DNA of 64,000 nucleotides from Anthoceros angustus (lineage: Eukaryota > Plantae > Anthocerotophyta), in assembly GCA_010909165.1 (NCBI GenBank), contig MU008221.1, positions 124,001 to 188,000 of the forward strand, given 5' to 3'. Numbering within the stretch: the first letter of the stretch is position 1; each line of letters begins with the position of its first letter. The position numbers and the translations under genes were made by a program. Positions 1 through 12,150 of the stretch are shown here, piece by piece. The notes below the pieces were generated by a model. It was not told the DNA's origin and did no database searches. It saw only the letters and a list, made by a program, of their open reading frames with translations.

Positions 1-86
1 CTGCCCTCTTCTGCTGCTGCTGCTGGTCCTGCCCTCTGCTGCTGCTATTGCTCCTACCCTCTATTGTTACTATTGTTGTTGCTGCC
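1..86. repeat. CTG/TTG-rich low-complexity repeat (poly-Gln-like on minus strand)
   Basis: ctgctgctgctgctg, ctgctgctgctattgct and ttgttgttgctg runs. Confidence 0.6.
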
Positions 87-99
87 CTTTGCAAGATGC

Positions 100-780
100 T
101 GTGTGCGACTTTCGCAAGCGGACCAGCCGAGCGCACACTATGTCCCGTATCGCGTATGAAGTGGTTCGATCCCAAGGGAATGTTTCATGCCTACACCTCC
201 AACCCCCTACTTCTAACTTCTTTGGGTTGAACTCCGACAAGTCAAACCCCGTCACTAGCAAATCTGCACCGGACTCCAAGTCCGGCCCAGGCCTGCTTGG
301 TCGTCTCACGTTTTAGGAAACCCTCGAGATGACGAACGGCGTCTCATGCCCATCGGCGCTCAAGGGCTGCCGCCTGGAAGTGCCTAGGCGAGAGGCGCAC
401 ACGGTTCACGTGGGTCACTAGGCGTTGTGTTATTCGATGGATTAACAACCAACGCTATAATTTTTCAAGAGGGGAAATATACATACCCGCTTCGATTGGA
501 ACAAAATCCCTTTGACGGATTAGACAACCTCTTCGAAGTGCTGGAACTGCCTAGTTATGAAAATCAGCATACTCTTCGTTAGTCCAAATGTTCAGTAAAG
601 GGTAGAATTTATAGCAGTAACCCCCCCTACGGACCAAAACATGGCACTGGCTGGCCGGCGTCCTCATGAATCCAAACCAGCCCAACTGTTTTACTCACAT
701 TTGTGAACATAAAAAACGGTTTGACTTAAAAGGTTCGGAGACAACAAAGACATACAAGAAGTTGCCATACAGGCGTTACA
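100..780 (-). mobile_element. Probable solo LTR / LTR remnant of a gypsy-type element
   Basis: Minus strand starts TGTAACGCC (780) and ends ...CTTGCGAAAGTCGCACACA (100). TATAAA on minus at ~608-613. 165-182 (ttcgatcccaagggaatg) is the exact reverse complement of the U5 motif cattcccttgggatcgaa in the LTRs of elements A and B. No clean TSD. Confidence 0.45.
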
Positions 781-896
781 AGCTATGATTAAAATCTACT
801 ACCTCAAATGCATGAAGGAGGAATTGCTACACGGAGTCTACGATGGTCCCTCATTAGGGCTTATTTGCGAGTCGACCATCTCCTACGCGGAGACTG

Positions 897-2478
897 AGTC
901 CAAAACAACTGCCACATTACGTATACGTTCCATCTCCTGGGCGTCAAAGCTGTCATTCTCCCCTAATGTATGCTTGTCTTCATTGATATTATTCTTTGGG
1001 TCGGCCCAGAAGAGCAGTAGAAGGCAAAGTTCGTGCGGGCACAAGTAAGCGGTGGGCGGGAGGAGGAAGTAGAGGTGTGAGGTCAAGGTAAGTGGTTGCT
1101 GACCTCTGAACATTGTCAAGTAAAGAAAAGTAAGTTAAAGGTAAGATAAAGGTGAAATATAGTTAAATATAGATATAGAAGGTAAAACATTATTTTATTG
1201 AAACTTTGACTCTCTCACATCTCTCAAAAGTAACCAAGTGTACCACAGCCATATGGTACTAAAGTATACCACCCAACCATGCTTGGACCCTCCAACAGCG
1301 ACGTTTCATGTCTCCCTTCTCTCTAGCAGCAGAAGCAAGCTTAGAGCTCGGATCCCCTGAATGGAGGTGAGGGATCCTTGCACAATCTCGCTCCAAGCTA
1401 CTTTAGATAGGAATCCTGCAATTTGAGCAATATCCCTGCTAACTTGAGAAGTTCCTATGAGAATGGTTGATTTGGAGCAAGCATCATGCTCACGAATTCT
1501 CTTTCTTAACATTTCCTGGTAGACAAGGTGCGTTGAATTCTCTTTTCTACATTAGTCGATTTGTCTTGATGCTTGCTCAAAGCGGTTGAGACAAATTGTG
1601 GCCGATGTAGAGATGGTGCCTCGTCTGGGACAGGCACTGAAAATCGACTTCACGGCTTGATTAACGGTGGAGGCTAGAATCGAGATCGAGTCCAAAACAA
1701 TCGCCACATTACATCGTTCCATCTCAAGGCGTCAAACATCATTCTCCCTAATGTATGCTTGTCTTCATTGATATTATTCTTTGGGTCGGCCCAGAAGAGC
1801 AGTAGAAGGCAAAGTTCGTGCGGGCACAAGTAAGCAGGTGGAGGCGGGAGGAGGAAGTAGAGGGTGTGAGGCCGAAGGTAAGTGGTTGCTGACCTCTGAA
1901 CATTGTCAAGTAAAGAAAAGTAAGTTAAAGGTAAGATAAAGGTGAAATATAGTTAAATATAGATATAGAAGGTAAAACATTATTTTATTGAAACTTTGAC
2001 TCTCACATCTCTCAAAAGTAACCAAGTGTACCACACCATATGGTACTAAAGTATACCACCCAACCATGCTTGGACCCTCCAATGACGTTTCATGTCTCCC
2101 TTCTCTAGCGTGACAAGCTTAGAGCTCGGATCCCCTGAATGGAGGTGAGGGATCCTTGCACAATCTCGCTCCAAGCTACTTTAGATAGGAATCCTGCAAT
2201 TTGAGCAATATCCCTGCTAACTTGAGAAGTTCCTATGAGAATGGTTGATTTGGAGCAAGCATCATGCTCACGAATTCTCTTTCTTAACATTTCCTGGTAG
2301 ACAAGGTGCGTTGAATTCTCTTTTCTACATTAGTCGATTTGTCTTGATGCTTGCTGCTCAAAGCAGATTTGAGACAAATTGTGGCCGATGTAGCGGTAGA
2401 GATGGTGCCTCGTCTGGGACAGGCACTGAAAATCGACTTCACAGCTTGATTAACAGGTGGAGGCTAGAATCGAGATCA
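897..2478. repeat. ~790 bp direct tandem duplication (897-1688 / 1689-2478)
   Basis: Both copies start agtccaaaacaa and end aggctagaatcgagatc; the ORF MLRKRIREHDACSK... appears twice. Confidence 0.9.
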
Positions 2479-2760
2479 GGATTCTAGTTTCTGCTTGCGC
2501 AACAAGCCCAAAATAGGGCGTCGGTTTGGAGATTGAGGGGTCGTTGCCTTTGTACCCATGCACGACCAGTAACAACTCAGTGCCTTTTAGCAAAGTGATG
2601 AAGTGCCAATTCAGGGTAGTTAGCCTCGTAGAGGTCTAGGATTGTGTCAACATGAAGGCCCGCATAAGGATGAGCTCGCGGTCGTCCTGATCGGCACCTT
2701 CTATCACCAATCGATCCTTGACGATGTCCTCTATTGTAGCCACCCCGTCTCGGCATTGTG
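2105..2760 (-). pseudogene. Degenerate orphan ORF, unknown product
   Basis: Linked open stretches MPRRGGYNRGHRQG...LDLYEANYPELALHHF, then TPYFGLVAQAETRILISIL...YQEMLRKRIREHDACSKSTILIGTSQVSRDIAQIAGFLSKVAWSEIVQ; no family recognised. Confidence 0.3.
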
Positions 2761-3343
2761 CCACAAATTAAAAAAAGAGCAAACCATGCTCTAATACCAT
2801 GAGAATATCGTGAGAGCAAAGGATGTCACCAAAATTGTGTGTGTCAATAATAATAAAAAGTTGTGTACATAGTATGTTCAAGTGACCATAACCCAAACGA
2901 TGTGACTATTCAATAGATGACTATAAATTAAACATTAACCCCTCCGCAAGTAAGTGAGTACAGGCGTCCTCCATTCTTAACATATGCACCCATGTGAACG
3001 CACACAAAATCGCGGATTGCGTGCTGTGATGGGCGAGCTGGAATGAGACAAGAGAGCGCTCTGTCCGTTCTAAGAACAGCCAAGCTGTCCTACACATACA
3101 TGGGTGCGTTCTCCATTCTGTTAGCTTTTGCATCGGCAAGAGCTTCCCTGTTTCCTTGTTAAAGAGGTTTGTGGGCATTGCCCCAACCCAATAATTTTTA
3201 GAAGAATTGACCCCCGGACAGTTCTCGAGTTGAATCTATGATATTCTCGGTGGTTTTCTCTATATATGTGCATAGATGTGTAGTTCATTTGTAGATAGAG
3301 GGTGTGAGTTTTAATACTTGTTATAGAATTTACTAGTTCGGTC

Positions 3344-5364
3344 ATGGCATTATGGGTGGGCTCTGATATCTTCCTTTATCATATTGAGTATTATCATTGA
3401 TTTTGTTTTCAATGATCATCATGACAACGAATTCAAGAGTTCGATCAAGGTGTTTTATCGAGAATATTCCCAAGGCTATGCATGTTATCAATCGACCATT
3501 TGTGAAGTCTTATACAATATGTACATGTTGGTTTTGCTCTTGTTTTATACTGTTTTAAGAATGTAATAAGGGTAATGGTAATTATTGATAAGAGTTCATA
3601 AACGTCTTCATTTTTCCTTTTTGACAATAATTTTATGACTTTCGAGCATTATTGATTGTGTAAAATTTGAAGATCAACTCGGTTTCAAGATCCTATTATA
3701 AGGGAACATTATAAGGTTAAAAATTCATCTACACCGCTTTTATTCAATGTTTGGATTGATGACCTTGATGCATGTAGATGTCTTAAACCATGTCTCATAT
3801 TTCCAATGCCACTAATGCTTTGTGAAGGAGGATGCTCTATAAAGGAGATTGGATATGTCTTAAAGCGATATTCTAATGTTTTCATTGTGATGCTACATAC
3901 GGAAGAATGGACTTAAGAAAAGTACTTCATTGCTTTCTAAAGGATTTTGAAAATAAGCACCCAAACATGACTATATCTCATGTTTTCAAAAGAGGTTGGA
4001 CGTTGTCCTCCAGGATGTGTTCCTATAGCTCGAGTGATACATCCAGAATGAATTGATTTGGAGCGAGAGCGATCTTTTAAACGGAGGTCTACCTATTTTA
4101 GCAATGGTCGTACGAGTTCTAAAAACATTGATGACCGACCTCCTGCCGATCGTTGGGTAAGTTTTCTAGTTGAGTGTTTGCGTACAAACATATATGTCAT
4201 GTTGTCTTTTAACTTTCAATCGTTCGAGATGGTAGAAATATTGAATACATTTGCACACATAGATCCATGTATGGATATACATATTATTGTGGACTAATGT
4301 TGATCTTTTAGAAATAAATATAGAATTGACTACCTTGTACCTTTTGACTTTGGGCATGCATGGGTTAATGGATTTTAGATCGTTTGATGACTTCTCACAA
4401 GCCTACGGAATAGCTACAACAATGAATGTTTATCAACCACCAGTGAGATCTTATGATGAAAATGATTTCTCAAATGGACAAATATGGGTGCAAAATTATG
4501 GAAGCATTCATCAATCAATGGAAGTTGGATGGCACGTAAGTGTTGTAATTTTATCTTGCTTTCATTTCGAGATCTATAGTCGCATTTGTAAAATTTTAAG
4601 TTGTGGTATTCTATAGGTGTATCCATATAAGTACGATGGTACGGGAAATGAAGATCGACCACATTTTTTATATTTTGGACGGTGATTTAAATTTTCTATA
4701 CCTCCTTTATTGAAATTACAATCTTGTACTTTGAATTGTAAGTTTTGTGTTTTATGTTTTGAAACGTGTTGATGATGAGACGGACTCCTATGAGGATGGA
4801 TGCTATAATTTAGAATGCTCGGGGTTTATTTTTGTGGGTGAAAGCCCAATGATACGTTATCCTTTTCAAACACAAGATCTTGTGATGTAGGTTTTAGAGT
4901 TTCTATTGAAGTGGATAAAGACGGAGATTGGATATTAGATGTAAATAGCCAAGCAGTTGGATATTGGCCAAAAGATATATTTAGAGATGGTGGATTGTCG
5001 AATCTAGTAATTTCTTGTCGTTCGGAGGTGAAGTTGTCCGGACGAGAGGGTCGACAAGATATATCAATGCCAATGGAAGTGGGAATTCGGCTCAAGGATT
5101 CAAAATTTTGAGGGAGCATATCACAGAGAGATATGTGTGCTTTATGAAGGTGGAACTTTTAACGGTATTATAAATCGCGTCCTTGTAGACGGGCCAAACG
5201 AGGGTGAGGCACAAGATCCTATCATTTACGATGTTGGGTATGAAAATGGAGATGATGCAAATGGTGGTGAAACATGGGTGACTTATGGAGGTCCCGGTGA
5301 AGGGCCAATTTCATATAACCTTTCCAATGAGCTAGCATTGAACTTAGTCCCATATAGTATGTAG
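3344..5364 (+). CDS. Neprosin-family secreted glutamic peptidase (activation peptide + neprosin/DUF239 domain), multi-exon, copy 1; frameshifts may be read errors
   Basis: Hydrophobic N-terminus. Propeptide motifs INRPFVKSY, IIDCVKFEDQLGF, GRCPPGCVPIAR. Catalytic domain YGIATTMNVYQP, FSNGQIWV, SMEVGWH (intron 4536-4616) VYP...RPHF.IFWT, DSYEDGCYNLECSGF, VGYWPKDIF, FGGEV, YGGPG. Confidence 0.88.
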
Positions 5365-5699
5365 TTGGTAGAATGAGATTAGCATATGTAAATGTGAACT
5401 CAAGCAAAATATATGACAATCATAAACTTCCATGATATTGTTCCGTCTAACTTATCACAGGATTGAGAAAGGTTTTAGCCGTGAAGGACAAAGTTAATCA
5501 CGAGTCTACGATGGAGATAGCACTGAGCTAACTGATCCCTTGGCGGAGGGCCGTGTCGGTGTAGAACATTGGCGTAAGCATGAGGGTAGCTAGCTAGGAG
5601 GTTAGGTTAGCTTGAGAGACTAACTTAAGATTAATTAATTAGAGTCCGGCAAAGTCTAGTCAAGAACACGTCAGTTTGAACACGTGCGCGAACAGCCAC

Positions 5700-6676
5700 G
5701 TTCACAAGTTCGCAATCACCTAGAGATTCTCCCGTTCTAGGCTTGCCGCGCTCCTCGTGCCCCCCGGTCGCCCAAGATCCAAGAGACTCTCCCATTCCAG
5801 GAATGTTCTCACCGCGATCCCTAGTAAGCCTCACTTGTGGGAAACCACCGGTAGGACAGACAATGCAATGGTGCACTCCACGGCCAGACGGGGAGAATTT
5901 GTTCTGGGGCTATGGCGCTCCACCGCGGTGATGCAGTGCGGTCACGCGTGGACCAGTGAGGAGAAGTACTAAAACTACGCCACTAACAGCTGCGCCTCGG
6001 GCCGGATGTGTGGACGTTACACCCAAGTGCTTGCTTGGTGCACTCGCTCTCATCCTTTTATTCCGACTGCGTCGCAGTTGGAACGAGCTCAGGAGCCTGC
6101 TTGGATTCTCCTCCACATTCCGGGTTGGTTTAACTATTGTTGGACTGGCAGCTCATGCAGGTTGTGTGGAAATCGACAACCCATCTGGGATGTGCAACAA
6201 TCAACTGTAAAGATTCTTCCATCTTCATCATCTGCAGCTACAACCCACCAGGGACAGACAACGCAATCTGGTGCACTCCACGGCCAGACGGGGAGAATTT
6301 GTTCTGGGGCTATTGGCGCTCCACCGCAGGTGATGCAGTGCGGTCACGCGTGGACCAGTGAGGAGAAGTACTAAAACTACGCCACTAACAGCTGCGCCGG
6401 ATGTGTGACGTTACACCCAAGTGCTTGCTTGGTGCACTCGCTCTCATCCTTTTATTTCGACTGCGTCACAGTTGGAACGAGCTCGCAGGAGCCTGCTTGG
6501 ATTCTCCTCCACATTCCGGGTTGGCTTAACTATTGTTGGACTGGCAGCTCATGCAGGTTGTGTGGAAATCGACAACCCATCTAGGATGTGCAACAATCAA
6601 CTGTAAAGATTCTTCCATCTTCATCATCTGCAGCTACAACCCACCAGGGAACTACATTGGAGAGAAGCCCTACTAA
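5700..6676 (+). pseudogene. PR1: PR-1 / CAP (SCP) superfamily gene, copy 1, with one clear intron, an in-frame TAA and an internal 400 bp duplication; start approximate
   Basis: HST..GENLFWG, WTSEEKY*NYATNSC, MCGRYTQ (intron 6027-6160) VVWKSTTHLGCATINCKDSSIFIICSYNPPGNYIGEKPY*. Confidence 0.88.
5853..6650. repeat. ~400 bp tandem duplication inside PR-1 copy 1
   Basis: ggacagacaa...cagctacaacccaccaggga is present twice here but only once in copies 2 and 3. Confidence 0.85.
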
Positions 6677-6962
6677 GTTCAGTGTCTCGGCATTGGGGTG
6701 CATGAGCAGATAAGAGAAGCTTCCATTTTGCTCTCGCTCTGCTTGCGTTGTGCACGGGTACTTTGAAAGGACCCAGGTTGTCATTGGGGTATGTGAGCAG
6801 ATCCGAGAACCTCCGATATTGCTCCCGATGCTTGCACTGTTGGTGCAAGTACTTTCCAACCCATTTCGGAGGACTTAGATTGTTAGAAGTTAATGATTTA
6901 TTTTGCTTTCGGAATTGTGAAAGGTCTTGTCTGCTAGCCTAATGGTACACAGGAAAGACCGT

Positions 6963-7878
6963 CCTCCAAGAGTCTTCAAGAAGATTCTTGAACTAGCCTG
7001 GTCTGGCTAGCCAATCTGCCGGGCATTAATGCTTATGGTAAGCCCATCCTTCTAACAATCTTACGACCATTCAGTGTTGTGCGCTGATTTGTGTCGTTGC
7101 GAGGATGTGCTCTCCGAGGGCTCCAAGACTTGAATAAATGAGCTTCGTGCTCTGTTCAGGGCATTTGTTGGATCCTTATTGTGTCCACAATTTCCATGGA
7201 GTGTAGTACAGTATGTTCATGTTGTCCCACTGTGTGTTCAAGTGTGGCTAACCAGATATGGATTGAAAATCTTGCTCACTTGGGATTGTTTGTTGCTCAA
7301 TGTCCTGCTTGGTTTCCACGCTTTAAACAGCTTGGTCTGCAACAGTTTCTGCATGATGGCCGTCTGAAAGGGAGAGCTTGACATCGATTACGGCATGAAG
7401 GTAGCAAAGGCTTTGGAACTAAAGACTGTTGGTTATCTCTGCAATCAACATGCTCTTCATGAACAAGGAAGAGAAACAAGACTTGAACAAGAGCAAGGAC
7501 GTCCCAGGCAACTATAAGGGACGGACTGTGAGTAACTTAGCTGGAACCGTTGTCACTTCTACTGCAGATGACTGCTCTCCCTCCTTGATTGCTCATGCTG
7601 GTCGATTTTGTCAGGCAACCTAGGGCCACGTTTTTGGTGTTAAGGGAGGAAAACTGTTGACTATCGACATAAGAACTTTCCAAATCATCCAGCCAGTATC
7701 TAATGTGGACGCTTGTGGCCTTGACACAAGTCTCATCAAGCATGTCCCAGGTGGTGACAAGGGCAATAGGCTTGTGGCGATGCTTGTAGCACATAACAAG
7801 GGCATTTGCCGCCATAGGATTTTGGATGTGCACTTCTAGTCGAGAAATTTAGACTCAATGAGCAATTTACTAATGAAT
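6963..7878 (-). pseudogene. Fragment of the orphan ORF seen more fully at 38007-40330
   Basis: NPMAANALVMCYKHRHKPIALVTTWDMLDETCVKATS...; near-identical to 38007-38799 and, inverted, to 33230-34105. Confidence 0.45.
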
Positions 7879-8995
7879 TTAGGTAGATACAGATCAATTA
7901 AACACATAGAATAATTACAATCAAGAACATACATTAAACTATGCATGCTATGAAAAACAACTTAAGTCACTTATGAAACATCGTGACCTAATCAAACGAC
8001 GTAACCCTAATGAAAAGGCATGTTACTAAATATTTTAACTTAACTAAACTACTAAACTCTAATCATCTACCCAACACACATATTCCTTTACTCCCACTTG
8101 TTGGTAATGATTTCTTGTACAGTCTTCGGTCTGCTGGAGGCTATCCGTGAGACGGTGATTCAGCTGTGTCTTCACTTTCAAGCTCCATAGCCATCATCTC
8201 ACATGCTCGATTCGCCTCGCATTCTGTCAAATGAACAAGGAAGAGAAACAAGACTTGAACAAGAGCAAGGACGTCCCAGGCAACTATAAGGGACGGGAGT
8301 AACTTAGCTGGAACCGTTGTCACTTCTACTGCTGCAGTAGACTGCTCTCCTCCTTGATTGCTCAGCTGGTCGATTTTGTCAGCAACCTAGGGCCACGTTT
8401 TTGGTGTTAAGGGAGGAAAACTGTTGACTATCGACATAAGAACTTTCCAAATCATCCACCCAGCGTATCTAATGTGGACGCTTGTGGCCTTGACCCAAGT
8501 CTCATCAAGCATGTCCTGTGGTGACAAGGGCAATAGGCTTGTATGGTGCTTGTAGCACATAACAAGGGCATTTGCCGCCATAGGATTTTGGATGTGCACT
8601 TCTGAGAAATTTAGACTCAATGAGCAATTTACTAATGAATTTAGGTAGATACAAATCAATTAAACAATAATTACAATCAATTGAACATACATTAAACTAT
8701 GCATGCTATGAAAACAACTTAAGTCACTTATGAAACATCGTGACCTAATCAAACGACGTAACCCTAATGAAAAGGCATGTTACTAAATATTTTAACTTAA
8801 CTAAACTACGAACCCTAATCATCTACCCAACACACATATTCCTTTACTCCCACTTGTTGGTAATGATTTCTGTACGCCTTCTATTGGAGGCTATCCGTGA
8901 GACGGTGATTCAGCTGTGTCTTCACTTTCAAGCTCCATAGCCATCATCTCCTGTACTCGGTTACGCTCTCGCATTCCTGTCAAATCTGAACAAGA
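7459..8995. repeat. ~770 bp tandem duplication (7459-8230 / 8231-8995)
   Basis: Junction microhomology tgaacaag; only one copy in the inverted block. Confidence 0.85.
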
Positions 8996-9117
8996 TGCTA
9001 TGTGCTAGTGTGAAGCTGGCAGAGATGAGGTGTGCGTGCCATATAACGCTGGCGTTTTTCATTTCACTCTCACTCCCCGAGCTACTGCAACACAGGATCG
9101 CTTTTCTTCTCACCACC

Positions 9118-9440
9118 ATGGCTTCCTCAGACTGCGACTATGAGCCTAGTCCTAAGCGCCACCTGCAGCGAGATTCCAAGGGCCGGTTTGCCACTAGGAC
9201 AACTACCACTCTTGGAGCTTCAACACCGATTGCTGCAAAAGGTGCTAAGCGGGGAGTAGGGAGGCCCAAGGGCACCACTAAAGAGTTCTGGGCAATGCAG
9301 CTGAGGCTGCACTCGTGGCAATTGTGACATGGGTGGCCCTTCCGCCTGCGCCAAGGCAAAGGCAGGTGGCCCAACACAATTTTGCCTATTCTGATGATGA
9401 GTCTCGTTCTGCTCCACCTGTTGTGTTCCCTAAGCCATGA
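9118..9440 (+). CDS. AT-hook-containing ORF (possibly the N-terminal part of the transposase gene)
   Basis: MASSDCDYEPSPKRHLQRDSKGRF...KRGVGRPKGTTKE; GRP core flanked by K/R. Confidence 0.55.
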
Positions 9441-9534
9441 GAAGAGTTGGCGCGCACATCCAGAAACTGTCCTAGTCACGCCACGAGCACATCTGATGGC
9501 ATCGTGAACCTTTCAGTTCTGGTTGCTCATTTTT

Positions 9535-11555
9535 TTTGTCTTGCGGTAATCTCTTACGATTGCTCCCACTTCTTGCTAGGAAGTACTATCGCCTGCGAAA
9601 GAGGTGTTTAGGATTCCTAGCACCTGTTAAAAATCCTTGAAATCCCTTCCTTGTGAAGGTGAAATCCGCGAACCTTCTTCGGCTTAAACCGTAAGTATTC
9701 ATGAGAAAATAACATGGTCAATGCTTTCAGTACATGTCTAAAGAGTGGTTTTGCTAAAGATGATGCATTTTGGCCCGTTTTCGGCGGTCATTTTTTGGTC
9801 TTTAGGGACCCAAACCCCTTTAATGGAGAATAACCCCTATGCAGAGAGACGCTGTTCCTAGCATCACAGGTGGGTGTAACATGCTTTGGCCTTATTTTGG
9901 GAGTGGCCATGGGAAGGGAGAGCACGATGGTGCTGGTGCCATTTTGAAGCGTGCCCTTGAGACTCTGAGTCGTCCTGTGGATGCAAAATGCAGCAGATGT
10001 GGTGGAGTACCTGCAACAAAACATATCTGGTGGCGCAGCCTCCTCTTATGCAAGTACGGAGCATGGGGTTCACAGAAGTTTCTGGCTCATTGGAAAAACA
10101 GAGGTTAATCGCAGAAACCAGTTTGGGTGTGATTCCATCCCAGGATCTAAGCAGATGCACAGCCTGTATGGTGTAACATGAATGACCCTACACAAGCGAA
10201 TCACGGAGCCCTTGCACCTTTTTGTCTTCGGTAATCTCTTACGCTTGCTCCCATCTCCGCTAGGAAGTACTATCGCGAAAGAGGTGTTTAGGATTCCTAG
10301 CACCGTTAAAAATCCTTGAAATCCTTCCTTGTGAAGGTGAAATCCATGAACCTTCTTAAACCGTAAGTATTCATGAGAAAATAACATGGTCAATGTCTTT
10401 CAAGATTACATGTCTAAAGAGTGGTTTTGCTAAAGATAGATGATGCATTTTGGCCCGTTTTCGGTCATTTTTGGTCTTTAGGGACCCAAACCCTTTAATG
10501 GAGAATAACCCCTATCTTTGAGAGACTGTTCCTAGCATCACGGTGGGTGTAACATGCTTTGGCCTTATTTTGGGAGTGGCCATGGGAAGGAGAGCACGAT
10601 GGTGCTGGTGCCATTTGAAGCATGCCCTTGAGACTCTGAGTCGTCCTGTGGATGCAAAATGCAGCAGATGTGGTGGAGTACACCGCAACAAAACATATTT
10701 GGTGGCGCAGCCTCCTCTTATGCAAGTACGGAGCATGGGGTTCACGAAGTTTCGGCTCATTGGAAGAAGCAGAGGTTAACCGCAGAAACCAGTTTGGGTG
10801 TGATTCCATCCTAGGATCTAAGCGGATGCACACTGTATGGTGTAACATGAATGACCCTACACAAGCGAATCACGGAGCCCTTGCACCTTTTTGTCTTCGG
10901 TAATCTCTTACGCTTGCTCCCATCTCCGCTAGGAAGTACTATCGCTGAAAGAGGTGTTTAGGATTCCTAGCACCGTTAAAAATCCTTGAAATCCTTCCTT
11001 GTGAAGGTGAAATCCATGAACCTTCTTAAACCGTAAGTATTCATGAGAAAATAACATGGTCAATGTCTTTCAAGATTACATGTCTAAAGAGTGGTTTTGC
11101 TAAAGATAGATGATGCATTTTGGCCCGTTTTCGGTCATTTTTGGTCTTTAGGGACCCAAACCCTTTAATGGAGAATAACCCCTATCTTTGAGAGACTGTT
11201 CCTAGCATCACGTGGGTGTAACATGCTTTGGCCTTATTTTGGGAGTGGCCATGGGAAGGGAGCACGATGGTGCTGGTGCCATTTGAAGCATGCCCTTGGA
11301 CTCTGAGTCCCCCTGGATGCAAAATGCAGCAGATGTGGTGGAGTACACCGCAACAAAACATATTTGGTGGCGCAGCCTCCTCTGCAAGTACGGAGCATGG
11401 GGTTCACGTGTTTTCGCTCATTGGAAGCAGAGGTTAACCGCAGAAACCCTTTGGGTGTGATTCCATCCCAGGATCTAAGCAGATGCACAGCCTGTATGGC
11501 TGTAACATGAATGGTCCCTACACAACTGCGAATGCGGAGCCCTTGCCTGCTTTTG
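9535..11555. repeat. ~670-690 bp triple tandem duplication containing the HGKGEHDG motif
   Basis: Units restart at ttttgtcttcggtaatc (~10220, ~10888); single copy in the inverted block (31700-32340). Confidence 0.88.
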
Positions 11556-12150
11556 TGCTGATTGTATGGAGAGCAACCATGCAGCTTGCGAACTGGTGCC
11601 TCATGCTGGGTCTTGGAGAACTTTTAAGATCAAACCGCATGGACAGTTTGCTGGCCCCAGATTGACTCGACAAGCAACAAACCAGCCTATTCCATTGCTC
11701 ACACTTCCTAAACCCCTCCTTCCACTTGTTCCTGCAGGTGAGGCTGAGGATGAGGATGTTGTTGATGTCTCGGAGATGGCAGATTTCCTAGAAGTTGGCG
11801 ACAATTTCCTTGTCTTGGCAGAGCCTGAAGATGAAGGGGTTGAGTATTACTTGTTGAAGTGGACTAAGGCCAAGCACATGCTGATGGAGTCTCGGTATTG
11901 CCCTTGGAGTAAAACAACCTTCCAGGTTGGCAAGGAATTGGTTGTCGGACAGTACTACTTGTTGCAGCAGCTTGAGTCAGATGTGTTGTACAGTTTGCCG
12001 TTGGATCTAGAGGAAGCGTTTGCTACGCAATTGTGCAGACATGCAAGTTGGCCATGGTAGTACATGGGCACAATGGATCAACCAACCTGTACATGCTTAC
12101 TCCTGATGCCCAGCAACAAGTCAATGACATAGTGGAGGAAAGCAAGTGGG
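9839..12150 (+). mobile_element. Sola2-like DDD transposase, C-terminal half, degenerate
   Basis: GGCNMLWPYFGSGHGKGEHDGAGAILKRAL (F..HGK...DG..G..KR third-Asp motif), MQNAADVVEYL, IPGSKQMHSL, ACFCADCMESNHAAC...W, then GDNFLVLAEPEDEGVEYYLLK...GQYY. Subgroup assignment comes from recalled motifs only. Confidence 0.65.

Noticed and set aside
5970-5972. PR-1 TAA repaired by U-to-C RNA editing
   Set aside because: That editing is organellar; this is an intron-containing nuclear gene and Tyr, not Gln, is expected
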